Shown here in pieces: positions 52,236-61,473 of a DNA stretch of 64,000 bases (position 1 is the first letter of the stretch; each line of letters opens with the position of its first letter). This stretch comes from Candidatus Micrarchaeota archaeon (GTDB lineage Archaea; Micrarchaeota; Micrarchaeia; Micrarchaeales; CABMGC01). The position numbers were made by a program, and so were the translations under genes. The stretch lies in NCBI GenBank assembly GCA_021803945.1, contig JAJZKW010000004.1, positions 310 to 64,309 on the forward strand, read 5' to 3'. The notes below the pieces were generated by a model, which had not been told where the DNA came from, did no database searches, and worked only from the letters and a program-made list of their open reading frames with translations.

Positions 52236-54649
52236 GCTGCAGGTTCCTGTGCCACCAGCGCCGCTCCAACCACGCGCACGCCAGGAGCAACATGCATGAG
52301 CCTAACTCCGCTTGCAGCCCTTCCAGTGACCCTGATCTCGTTTGTAGGGAACGTTATGCTCACCCCAGTGGAGTTTATCAGCACCACTTTCTGATCGCCT
52401 TTCAGATACATGGACTTTGCCACCTTGCCTGTTTTGGCATTGACCTTTATATTTATGACGCCTCCCCCGCCCCTTCCCTGCTCCCTGTACCTACCTATAT
52501 CAGTCATCTTTCCATACCCGTTTTCAGTAACTGTGAATACACTGCCATCCGCATTGGCTGCTATTATGTTTTTTGCGATGTCATCTCCCTTCACACGTAT
52601 TCCACGCACACCGATTGCAGTCCGCCCGGTATATCTGAGCTGAGATTCGTCAAATTTTATCGCCTTCCCGTTCCTAGTAGATATTATCAGGTATTTCTCT
52701 CCGGAATACATTATCACATCCTCTACATAGTCCTTCTCATTAAGCGTTATTGCCCGTACCCCGTTTGCCCTAGGCCGTGAGAAGAGATCTGCCCTTACCT
52801 TTTTAACAAGGCCTCTTGATGTCAAGAACGCTATCTTAGAGTTTGCGAACACGTTTATATTAAAGACATCTATTATGCGCTCCTCCTTGACATCCACAAG
52901 GTTGACTATGGCCTTCCCCTCAGAATATCTTCCGCCTTCAGGTATCATGTACGCCTTTATCCAATATGCCCTGCCAAGGTTTGTTATTCCTATAATAAAG
53001 TCCTTGTTATTGCATGTTAGTATCTGCTTTACGTAGTCCCCTTCCTTCAGATTTATAGATATTATTCCTTTGCCCCCCCTTCCCTGTTCCCTATAGTTGC
53101 TGAGTGCAAGCCTCTTAACGTACCCATTATTGGTAAGTATGACCGTTATCCTTTCGTTGCTTATTGTGTCCTCATCCGTTATGGTTTCGTCCTCCTCAGC
53201 ATATACAAGCTCCGTTCTCCTCTCCCTTCCAAACCTCTTCTTTATCTCGGAAGTCTCATCCTTTATTATCCTGTCAACTTCGTCCGGAGCTGCCATAACC
53301 CTGCTGTAATATTCGACTTTGGTCTCAAGGTCCTTCTTCTCCCCGCTCAATGAGTTATTCTCAAGATGGGTGAGCCTGCTAAGCTTCATGTCAAGTATTG
53401 CATTGGCCTGCTTTTCCGTGAGCCCCAGCTCCTCCTCCAGCTTGGTCCTTGCCTCTCCCACCTCTGCGCTCGCCTTTATCATGACTATCACAGAGTCTAT
53501 CCTCTCTATGGCTATCAGCAGCCCTTCCACAATATGCAGCCTGGCTTTCGCCACTCCAAGCTCATACTTGCTTCTCCTTAGCACCACCTCCCTCCTATGC
53601 GCAATGAACGTATCGATAAGCTGGAGTATGTTAAGGCTCTTCAAGCTCTTGCCTATTACTGCAAGGTTGATTACAGGGAACGTCACCTGAAGCTGGGTGT
53701 ATCTATAGAGCATGTTTAGTATCTGCTCCCCGCTGCCTTCCTCCCTGAAATCTATCACTATCCTGATACCTTCCTTATCGCTCTCGTCCCTTATGTCCTT
53801 CAAACCTGTGATCTTCTTCTCCCTGGCCAGCTCAGCCATCGTCTGCATAAGGACGGACTTATTGACATTGTATGGTATTTCCCTGACCACTATCTGCTTC
53901 TGTTTGTCGTCTATCTCCGCCTTGGCTTTTATGCTCAGCTGCCCCCTGCCGTACCGGTATCCGTTGTAGGCATTCTGTGACATGACTGCTATTCCTCCAG
54001 TCGGGAAGTCGGGGCCTTTTATTATGTCGATTATCTCGTCTATTGTAGACTCTTTCTTCTCCAGTCTATGTATTATTGCGTCACACACTTCTGCAAGGTT
54101 ATGCGGTGGAATGCTCGTTGCAACCCCCACAGCTATCCCTGTAGCACCGTTTATAAGCAGATTCGGCACCTTCGAAGGCAGCACCAACGGCTCGGATTCG
54201 GTGTTGTCGAAATTAGGTGCGAAATCTACGGTCTCCTTGTCCAGATCCTCAAGCATCTGCTCAGACAGCCTTGTAAGTCTAACCTCAGTATACCTCATTG
54301 CCGCAGGCGGATCGCCATCAACAGAACCGAAGTTTCCCTGCCCTTCAGCCAGCATATGGTTCATAGAGAAATCCTGGGCAAGCCGCGCCAGGGCATCGTA
54401 TATCGCCGTGTCGCCATGAGGGTGGAATTTTCCTATGACTTCTCCCACAACCCTCGCACTCTTCTTTGTAGGCTGGTCGTGGAAATTCCTAATATTATGC
54501 ATGGCATACAGGATCCTGCGCTGCACAGGCTTCAAGCCATCGCGCGCATCTGGAATTGCCCTGCTTATGATCACACTCATGGCATAATCAAGGTAGCTGG
54601 ATTGCAGCTCGTCCTCAAGTGAAACTTGTACCAAATCTTGCATAATCAC
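52232..54649 (-). CDS. gyrA: DNA gyrase subunit A
   Basis: YLDYAMSVIISRAIPDARDGLKPVQRRILY, the active-site region AAMRYTE and a C-terminal beta-pinwheel repeated-GRGG region. It overlaps the gyrB stop by 4 nt. Confidence 0.95.
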   Translation of the reverse strand: MIMQDLVQVSLEDELQSSYLDYAMSVIISRAIPDARDGLKPVQRRILYAMHNIRNFHDQPTKKSARVVGEVIGKFHPHGDTAIYDALARLAQDFSMNHMLAEGQGNFGSVDGDPPAAMRYTEVRLTRLSEQMLEDLDKETVDFAPNFDNTESEPLVLPSKVPNLLINGATGIAVGVATSIPPHNLAEVCDAIIHRLEKKESTIDEIIDIIKGPDFPTGGIAVMSQNAYNGYRYGRGQLSIKAKAEIDDKQKQIVVREIPYNVNKSVLMQTMAELAREKKITGLKDIRDESDKEGIRIVIDFREEGSGEQILNMLYRYTQLQVTFPVINLAVIGKSLKSLNILQLIDTFIAHRREVVLRRSKYELGVAKARLHIVEGLLIAIERIDSVIVMIKASAEVGEARTKLEEELGLTEKQANAILDMKLSRLTHLENNSLSGEKKDLETKVEYYSRVMAAPDEVDRIIKDETSEIKKRFGRERRTELVYAEEDETITDEDTISNERITVILTNNGYVKRLALSNYREQGRGGKGIISINLKEGDYVKQILTCNNKDFIIGITNLGRAYWIKAYMIPEGGRYSEGKAIVNLVDVKEERIIDVFNINVFANSKIAFLTSRGLVKKVRADLFSRPRANGVRAITLNEKDYVEDVIMYSGEKYLIISTRNGKAIKFDESQLRYTGRTAIGVRGIRVKGDDIAKNIIAANADGSVFTVTENGYGKMTDIGRYREQGRGGGGVINIKVNAKTGKVAKSMYLKGDQKVVLINSTGVSITFPTNEIRVTGRAASGVRLMHVAPGVRVVGAALVAQEPAA

Positions 54650-56571
54650 ACATCAAGCCATTTTACCTGTTCCGAATGCTCATGCAGGAATTTCCTCCTC
54701 GGAAGGACCTCTACCCCCATAAGCACCCTGAAAAGCTCCTCGGCCCTCTGAGCATCAGCTATCGTAATCCTCTTGAGCTTCCTGTTCTCAGGATTCATAG
54801 TAGTCTCCCAAAGCTGGGTGTCATTCATCTCCCCAAGGCCCTTGTACCGCTGCAGTCCGTCAAGCTCGCCGAGCTCCTTCCTCTTCGCTTCGAGCTCGTC
54901 GTCGCTGTAGCAGTAGTATGTTGACTTGCCCTTGGTTACCTTGTAAAGGGGCGGAACTGCCGCATATACGTAGCCAAGCTCTATTATCCTCTTCATATAC
55001 CTGTAAAAGAACGTCAGTAGAAGTGTGCGTATGTGGCTACCGTCCACATCAGCATCGGTCATTATTATTATCTTCTTGTACCTTATTGCCTCAGCATTGA
55101 ATGTTTCATTGATCCCAGTCCCAAAAGCAGTTATCATGGTCTTTATCTCCGCATTGTCAAATATCCTGTCAATGCTCGCCTTCTCAACATTAAGTATCTT
55201 CCCCCTCAGCGGAAGAATCGCCTGTATATTCTTATCCCTTCCCTGCTTACTCGATCCGCCTGCGCTCTGGCCTTCAACTATGAAGAGCTCTGTCTTCTCA
55301 GGGTCGTCATCTATGCAGTCGGCCAGTTTCCCCGGAAGCACGGCGCTGTCGAATATGCTCTTCTTCCTGACCATCTCCTTTGCCTTCCTTGCGCTCTCCC
55401 TGGCCATAGCGGCCGTTATCACCTTGCTTACTATCGCCTTCGCTTCGGCGGGATGCTCTTCCATGTACCGCGACATGTATTGGTAGACCGTCCCCTCAAC
55501 CACGCTCTTTATGTACACGTTCCCAAGCTTTTCTTTTGTCTGGCCCTCAAATTCAGGGTTCTGCATCAAGACGCTTATGACCGCGCTCAGCCCTTCCCGC
55601 GTATCATCCCCCGTTATTTTTACCTGAAGCTTTGCATTTAACTTATTCTTCTCTATGTAATTCATCACGGTTCTAGTTATTGCGGTATGAAACCCTGCAA
55701 GATGCGTGCCGCCTTCGCTGGTTTTTATGTTATTTACAAACGGCTCGATCTTCTCATCATAGGATTCAACATACTGCAGTGCAAAGTCAACGACGGTGTT
55801 GTCCTCCTCTTTTTTCGACCCTATTATACCAGTAAGCGCAACCGCTCCCTTGTTTATGAATCTTACAAAATCCTTTATGCCCTCCTCCGAAACGAAAACC
55901 TCCTCCTCATGCGCACTAAATCTATCATCTATTAAAGTTATCCTGAGCCCGGGGTTAAGGAACGAAGTATACCGCATCCTCTCCTTGATCAGCGCAGAAT
56001 CAAAGGTAACCACGCTGAATATCTCTTTGTCAGGCTTGAACTTTATCGTAGTTCCGGTCCCTTCAGACTCTCCTACCACCTGCATCTCTGTTGTAGGAAC
56101 GCCCTTTGCAAAGGTCTGCCTGTAAGAATGCCCATTTTTCCTCACGACAACCTCTGTAAATTCCGAAAGGGCGTTGACCACAGTCAATCCGACGCCATGC
56201 AGCCCCCCTGACACTTTGTAGACATCGCTATTGAACTTCGCGCCTTTATGTATGGTCGTCATTATGACCTCCACAGCGCTCTTATTGTATTTTTCCATGA
56301 TGTCAACAGGTATGCCCCTGCCGTCATCAGTAACTTCGGCGATGTCTCCCTCCGCATCCTGCGTCAGGCGCACGACAATGTTCCTGCAGAATCCTGCCAC
56401 CGATTCGTCTACAGAATTGTCTATAACCTCATAGAGCAAATGGAGCATCCCGGCCGCCCCCGTAGACCCGATGTACATCCCTGGCCTCTTCCTGATGCCC
56501 TGAACTCCCTCCAAAACTATAATTTTCGAAGCGTTGTAACTGTCTCCGTTCGGTTCCTCCATGCAAATCAT
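54646..56571 (-). CDS. gyrB: DNA gyrase subunit B
   Basis: GHKL ATPase EVIDNSVDE...LHGVG, Toprim ELFIVEGQSAGGS and IMTDADVDGSHI. Confidence 0.95.
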   Translation of the reverse strand: MICMEEPNGDSYNASKIIVLEGVQGIRKRPGMYIGSTGAAGMLHLLYEVIDNSVDESVAGFCRNIVVRLTQDAEGDIAEVTDDGRGIPVDIMEKYNKSAVEVIMTTIHKGAKFNSDVYKVSGGLHGVGLTVVNALSEFTEVVVRKNGHSYRQTFAKGVPTTEMQVVGESEGTGTTIKFKPDKEIFSVVTFDSALIKERMRYTSFLNPGLRITLIDDRFSAHEEEVFVSEEGIKDFVRFINKGAVALTGIIGSKKEEDNTVVDFALQYVESYDEKIEPFVNNIKTSEGGTHLAGFHTAITRTVMNYIEKNKLNAKLQVKITGDDTREGLSAVISVLMQNPEFEGQTKEKLGNVYIKSVVEGTVYQYMSRYMEEHPAEAKAIVSKVITAAMARESARKAKEMVRKKSIFDSAVLPGKLADCIDDDPEKTELFIVEGQSAGGSSKQGRDKNIQAILPLRGKILNVEKASIDRIFDNAEIKTMITAFGTGINETFNAEAIRYKKIIIMTDADVDGSHIRTLLLTFFYRYMKRIIELGYVYAAVPPLYKVTKGKSTYYCYSDDELEAKRKELGELDGLQRYKGLGEMNDTQLWETTMNPENRKLKRITIADAQRAEELFRVLMGVEVLPRRKFLHEHSEQVKWLDV

Positions 56572-56834
56572 GACAAAATAGCCAATATACCTCTCTTATA
56601 AAGAATATAAACCTTTTCTGACGGTTTTGTCGTCGTGATAGCCTCGTCGTAATCTAATCCCACAACATAATCCAATGCCTGCTGGCCGCGACGGTGCTGT
56701 GTGCGCAACCCTACACGCTACAACCGCAGATTCCGGCAAACAGCAACTCAAGCTGCAAGCAGTTGCTGGATAACCTTCGGTCCTATTGAAAGCATAAAAA
56801 GATAAACTGTACTTACCCTAATTATATCCTGCTT

Positions 56835-56909
56835 GGGCCCGTAACTCAGCTTGGTCAGAGTGGCTGGCTCTTAACCAGCAAGTCGAGGGTTCAAATCCCT
56901 CCGGGCCCG
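56835..56909 (+). tRNA. tRNA-Lys (anticodon CUU)
   Basis: GGGCCCGTAACTCAGCTTGGTCAGAGTGGCTGGCTCTTAACCAGCAAGTCGAGGGTTCAAATCCCTCCGGGCCCG, with anticodon stem GCTGG/CCAGC and loop CTCTTAA. Confidence 0.9.
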
Positions 56910-57014
56910 GTACATCCCACAGTAGCTTCCAGGACTGCCCCTAATCCTGTACACAATACCAACAGAGACATTTTATTAATCCTTTTCGCCAACTAGTAAT
57001 GTATTGGTCTCTCA

Positions 57015-58304
57015 ATGCCATTGGCTTTGTCAAAAAAAGTCGAAGGGAATGACTACATAAAACAGCTTGGGCGCTGGGCAGACTATCTAGCGCGCCAAGT
57101 GTCCCCCACCGGTTTCATTTCCGCGTCAGCCACATATCCTCCGTATTCACCGCATTGGATAAGGGATGCGTCATTCATCTCAATCGGCCTTCTTGATTTT
57201 GCATCGTTTGCGAAGTCTCATGGAATGGCATTCGAGGATTCAAGAGACGCGGCCCACAGGATAAACAACTTCAACTGCAGCATCATAGAGCACTTCCTAA
57301 ACAACATAAATACGGCACTATTGACCCCGCTGGAAGACCCGGATTTCTTCAAATTAAAGACCCATATACCGGCAAGGGTAAACAAAGACAGGGATTATTA
57401 TGCGGATGCATCCACCAATGACGCAAGCCAAAAGGAAAGCAAGAGTGCGCTAATCCAACACGATTCAATACCTCTTATACTACACGCGCTATACAAGGAA
57501 TCATCCACCTTCGGGCTAGATTCCTATCAGAAAGAGTTCCTTGAAAAAAACATCAAAACACTCCTCAAATACATGGGGAAAACGTATTTCACAGCCTCGG
57601 CAGACATGTGGGAGATGGAAACCAACGCGCTGCATTCCTACGATGTGGCAGTGATATATTCCGCGTTTCAGGTGGCGAAACGGTTTGCGGAAGACGGAAT
57701 CATATCAATGTCAAAAACAGAAATAGATGATATAGCCAAGGCAAGTTTTGTATCAGGTCCTCTCGAATTCCTGAAAAAATTCTTCATAAAAGACAGGGTA
57801 ATATACAGGGAAAAAGAGACCTTTTCTGACACGCCTTCAGTATCAAAAAGCGTAGACAGCGCACAGATATACTTCTTTACCATGTTCGGGATAAGCGACG
57901 AGGCCCTAGGGACAACAGGCGTCGAAGAAGCGACGATGGCAAAAATCAAAGAAGAGCTCTTTTCGTCAAACACGCTTCCAATACGGTTCCTCGGAGACGA
58001 ATACTTCCTCGGCGGACGCTGGCTGAACGTGGGAGCAGAGTACAGCAAATACCTGGTCCAAAAGGGCAAGATAGGAGAAGCCCAAAGCATAATAGACTAT
58101 ATAATTGAAAAATACGGAGACAGGCTCCCAGAGCAGGAGATCGTAGATCCTGCGAGTCCAGACGCACACTGCCCATACCATTCAGGAAACGGCAACATGC
58201 CAATCAGCGAACTGGCATGGTCATATGCCGCAATGATAAGCGCCACCTCTTTCTTGATAGAAAACAACGAGAAAGACCACTTCCAGGCGTTTAAACGGCC
58301 CTGA
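57015..58304 (+). CDS. Glycoside hydrolase family 15-like protein (glucoamylase/trehalase-related catalytic domain only)
   Basis: HWIRDASFISIGL, SADMWEME and LPEQ... resemble the (alpha/alpha)6 GH15 blocks (W-x-RD, D-x-WEE). Confidence 0.55.
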   Translation: MPLALSKKVEGNDYIKQLGRWADYLARQVSPTGFISASATYPPYSPHWIRDASFISIGLLDFASFAKSHGMAFEDSRDAAHRINNFNCSIIEHFLNNINTALLTPLEDPDFFKLKTHIPARVNKDRDYYADASTNDASQKESKSALIQHDSIPLILHALYKESSTFGLDSYQKEFLEKNIKTLLKYMGKTYFTASADMWEMETNALHSYDVAVIYSAFQVAKRFAEDGIISMSKTEIDDIAKASFVSGPLEFLKKFFIKDRVIYREKETFSDTPSVSKSVDSAQIYFFTMFGISDEALGTTGVEEATMAKIKEELFSSNTLPIRFLGDEYFLGGRWLNVGAEYSKYLVQKGKIGEAQSIIDYIIEKYGDRLPEQEIVDPASPDAHCPYHSGNGNMPISELAWSYAAMISATSFLIENNEKDHFQAFKRP

Positions 58305-58425
58305 TTTCTCAGGCACAGTGGGGCATACGCCATACACACATAAGGATAGCACGCAAACCGTGCCACTAATAACCGAAGATTAATATAGTTTATCTAAATA
58401 ATACTACTGTAATAACGGCGATAAT

Positions 58426-58764
58426 ATGAATATAAGCGATCTAAAGGCAGGAGCGTCTGATGTTGAACTGGAAGCTACAGTTGCAGAGAAGCAGGAACCA
58501 AGAGAAGTCATAACAAAGTATGGCAAGAGGCTAAACGTAGCAAGCATAACACTAAAGGACGATACTGGCACAATAGCAATGTCATTGTGGGGCAAGGATA
58601 TAGACACTGTCAGCGTAGGGGACAGGGTTAAGATATCAAAAGGATACGTGGGTGAATTCAAGGGAACGCCGCAACTGTCCACAGGCAAATACGGCAAAAT
58701 AGAGGTTCTTGGGAAAGGCGAAGCTCCAGAAGAAGAAGCAGTAGACCTTCCAGAAGACGAATAA
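58426..58764 (+). CDS. ssb: Single-OB-fold ssDNA-binding protein with an acidic C-terminal tail
   Basis: VELEATVAEKQEPREVITKYGKRLNVASITLKDDTGTIAMSLWGKD...GDRVKISKGYVGEFKGTPQLS is OB-fold-like, followed by the tail EEEAVDLPEDE. Confidence 0.55.
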   Translation: MNISDLKAGASDVELEATVAEKQEPREVITKYGKRLNVASITLKDDTGTIAMSLWGKDIDTVSVGDRVKISKGYVGEFKGTPQLSTGKYGKIEVLGKGEAPEEEAVDLPEDE

Positions 58765-58862
58765 AGTCCGGCATCCGATTTTTAACGAAAATGCAACATT
58801 TTTCTTGAAGCCCAAGCGACGCTCAATCAGTTCCAGCCTGCAGCACCAACGATGCAGGCGTC

Positions 58863-60149
58863 CTAAAAGACCCCCAAGTCTATCTCTTCTCCGACTTTAG
58901 GCGACCTCGCGTCAAAACCTTCTAGTTTCAGCTCCTCTGCCAGAAGCGCAGTGTTCTCTGCGCTTCCATGCACGCATACCACTGTCTGCGGATTACTCTC
59001 CTTCACATATCTATGCAGATCCGTCTTGCCGGCATGCGCCGAGAAGTCATATACTGCGAACGGCGTCTTCACCCTGTATTTCCTCCCGTCTATGTCAAGC
59101 GGCAGCCCATTCATCAGCTTATGGCCGTTGGTCCCCTCGACCTGGTAGCCAGTCAAGAATATCTTAGAGTGCCTGTTGAGTTTCGTTATATAATCCAGCA
59201 CAGGGCCTCCGTTCAGCATCCCTGATGTCGTTAGTATCACGCTGCCTCCGGAGAGCGCGCTGCTCCTGTTGCGCGGGTTTTCAACCCACATGGCCTTATT
59301 TATGGCGCCCTGGAGGAGCTCCTGGTTCTTGACATATTCCGGAAACATCTCGACGATTTCAGTTGCGGCTTTAGCCATTCCGTCTATATAAGTCCTGTTT
59401 ATCAGGCCATACTTGTTCATCATCGCAAGCATCTCCTGCGACCTTCCTACGGCGAACACGGGCAAAAGCGCAATACCTCCATTATCCACCACTTCCTTCA
59501 CCTCTTCTATGAACCGCTCCATCATCAATTCCCTGTTCGGGTGGTCCTTGCCTGCATAAGTGGATTCGAGTATCAGCACATCGCTCTGCACCACTTCCGC
59601 ACCGCCTTCAAGCAGCTGCCTCTCTATCTTGAAATCCCCGGTGTAGACAAGCCTTTTCCCCGAATGATACTTTTCAACCAGCGTTATTGCACTGCCGCAT
59701 ATGTGTCCGGCGTCGTACATCGACACCTCGTATTCCCCAAACGCGTACTTTTTACCGTAATCGCAAGGCACATACCTGTTCATCAGCGTCTGGAGCTCGG
59801 ATCTATATATCCTCTGGTGTTCATGCTTCCTCCTGTGTATCTTTATAGAGTCCTCTATGAGAAGCTCGGCAAGCTTCATCGTAGGAGAGGTTGCATAGGT
59901 CTCAGGAAACCCATCATGATAAATAGAAGGGGAATAGCCGCTATGGTCAAGGTGCGCATGGCTCACAAAGCACGCGTCAATCTCTCCCGCGCTCAAAGGA
60001 TATTCTGTGGGATCCTCTACCTTGATGCCATAATCAAAGAGCATGGTCTTGTCATCCTCAACAAGTATGCCCGAACGCCCAACCTCACTAGCCCCACCCA
60101 GGAATTTAATCTTCAAATAACCACAAAACCAAGCCATTATCTTATGCAA
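58863..60149 (-). CDS. Beta-CASP metallo-beta-lactamase RNase (aCPSF2-like, no KH domains)
   Basis: FLGGASEVGRSG, the motif 2 region VSHAHLDHSG, and beta-CASP motifs with a C-terminal VHGS. Confidence 0.75.
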   Translation of the reverse strand: MHKIMAWFCGYLKIKFLGGASEVGRSGILVEDDKTMLFDYGIKVEDPTEYPLSAGEIDACFVSHAHLDHSGYSPSIYHDGFPETYATSPTMKLAELLIEDSIKIHRRKHEHQRIYRSELQTLMNRYVPCDYGKKYAFGEYEVSMYDAGHICGSAITLVEKYHSGKRLVYTGDFKIERQLLEGGAEVVQSDVLILESTYAGKDHPNRELMMERFIEEVKEVVDNGGIALLPVFAVGRSQEMLAMMNKYGLINRTYIDGMAKAATEIVEMFPEYVKNQELLQGAINKAMWVENPRNRSSALSGGSVILTTSGMLNGGPVLDYITKLNRHSKIFLTGYQVEGTNGHKLMNGLPLDIDGRKYRVKTPFAVYDFSAHAGKTDLHRYVKESNPQTVVCVHGSAENTALLAEELKLEGFDARSPKVGEEIDLGVF

Positions 60150-60191
60150 CCAATGTTTTTAATTATTATTATACAATAACTGATAGATTAA

Positions 60192-60842
60192 ATGCCGGAC
60201 GAAGTTACATTTATCGATTTATCCTGCCTCCTAAGGATAACCCCGGACACCACCCTCGAGAAACTCGGCAGCGCCATCAACGCAAGCATATTTGATGCGT
60301 CCAACATAGCCGGATCGCTCAAGCAGAAGGGCCTGATAGATTTTTCGGCATATTATCCAGGACCAAACACCATCTCAGTCACCGACGCAGGCAGGGCCCT
60401 GATAGCAGAATCCGACGCAAAGGCCACGGAGCCATTCGATGACCTCGACGAAGCCATACTGGCGCAGCTCTCAGGCGGCAAGCGCATCCCGGTAGACCTG
60501 CAAAACACTCTGGGAGTAAGGCCCAAGGACCTCGCGCTCAGGATATACAAGCTTGAAAAACAGGGATTCTTGTCATACGAGCTCAAGAGCGGCACAGCCG
60601 AGATACTCCTCACTGCAAGCGGATTCATCAAGTCAAAGTCATCAAGCGTGCACGGCCCTCAAAAGCCAGCAGCGCAGCCGCAGGCCGAACCGCAGCCATC
60701 GCAGAAAGCTCCTGATCAACTGCAAGAAACTAGCCAAGAGCTCCCGCAGCCCGGCGCACACAAAAGCAATAATGCATTGTATCTCTTGTTAATACTAATA
60801 GCAGTAGCCGCCTTGGCAGGCTATTATCTTAAGATAATATAA
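60192..60842 (+). CDS. Tail-anchored protein with two winged-helix-like repeats, a Q/P-rich linker and a C-terminal TM
   Basis: Repeat 1 ...LEKLGSAINASIFDASNIAGSLKQKGLIDF... and repeat 2 ...ILAQLSGGKRIPVDLQNTLGVRPKDLALRIYKLEKQGFLSYEL... The linker is PQKPAAQPQAEPQPSQKAPDQLQE and the TM is ALYLLLILIAVAALAGYYL. Confidence 0.45.
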   Translation: MPDEVTFIDLSCLLRITPDTTLEKLGSAINASIFDASNIAGSLKQKGLIDFSAYYPGPNTISVTDAGRALIAESDAKATEPFDDLDEAILAQLSGGKRIPVDLQNTLGVRPKDLALRIYKLEKQGFLSYELKSGTAEILLTASGFIKSKSSSVHGPQKPAAQPQAEPQPSQKAPDQLQETSQELPQPGAHKSNNALYLLLILIAVAALAGYYLKII

Positions 60843-60855
60843 ATCAGGTAAACCA

Positions 60856-61473
60856 ATGCCAGAATTGCTCGACTATTTCGAAGGTAATAGGCTCCTCAAG
60901 CGATACGGGATAAGCTGCATAGACAGCCAGTACGTATCTTCAGCAGAGGAAGCCATTGCATTCTCAAAAAGAGGGCCGATAGCGCTAAAGCTCATATCAA
61001 GCAAGGCTATACACAAGACAAAGTCCGGACTGGTCAAGCTGAACCTCACAGGAAGCGAGATAAAGGCTGCGTATTCAGAGCTTGCAAGGAAGGGGAATGC
61101 CCTAAAGCCGTACAAGATCATAGCCCAAAAGATGGCAAAGCCAGGGATAGAGATAATAGTAGGAGGAAAAACGGATCCCCAGTTCGGGAAGCTAATATTG
61201 ATAGGTCTAGGCGGCATATACGTGGAGGTGTTCAAGGACTTTGCGCTCAGGGTATGTCCTATAACAAAGAACGACACCATAGACATGATAGAACAGCTCA
61301 AGTCAAGGAAGATAGTGACCTTCAGCGGAAAGGACACAGACATGATAGCCGGCGTGCTCCTTAAGGTGTCGAAGCTGCTGATAGAAAACCAAGAGATAAG
61401 CGAACTTGACCTGAATCCCCTGATAATAAGGGCAGGCAGCTACGAGGCAGTAGACATAAGGATATTCAAATAG
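60856..61473 (+). CDS. acdB: ADP-forming acetyl-CoA synthetase, beta (ATP-grasp) subunit
   Basis: LLKRYGI...ALKLISSKAIHKTKSGLVKLNL...VEVFKDFALRVCPI...LDLNPLI is the typical ACD beta / ATP-grasp_5 layout. Confidence 0.7.
   Translation: MPELLDYFEGNRLLKRYGISCIDSQYVSSAEEAIAFSKRGPIALKLISSKAIHKTKSGLVKLNLTGSEIKAAYSELARKGNALKPYKIIAQKMAKPGIEIIVGGKTDPQFGKLILIGLGGIYVEVFKDFALRVCPITKNDTIDMIEQLKSRKIVTFSGKDTDMIAGVLLKVSKLLIENQEISELDLNPLIIRAGSYEAVDIRIFK

Noticed and set aside
56620-56790. A 170-nt spacer of normal GC between the gyrB and tRNA-Lys promoters, with the 8-bp hairpin CAGCAACT...AGTTGCTG; considered as a C/D-box or other sRNA.
   Set aside because: No convincing C (RUGAUGA) / D (CUGA) box pair, no terminator, and only a 32-codon ORF. 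There is not enough evidence to call a feature.
58828-58836. CAGTTCCAG 9-mer shared with the left inverted-repeat arm, in the ssb/aCPSF2 convergent spacer.
   Set aside because: A 9-mer match is expected about 0.5 times by chance in 2 x 64 kb, and there is no flanking similarity.
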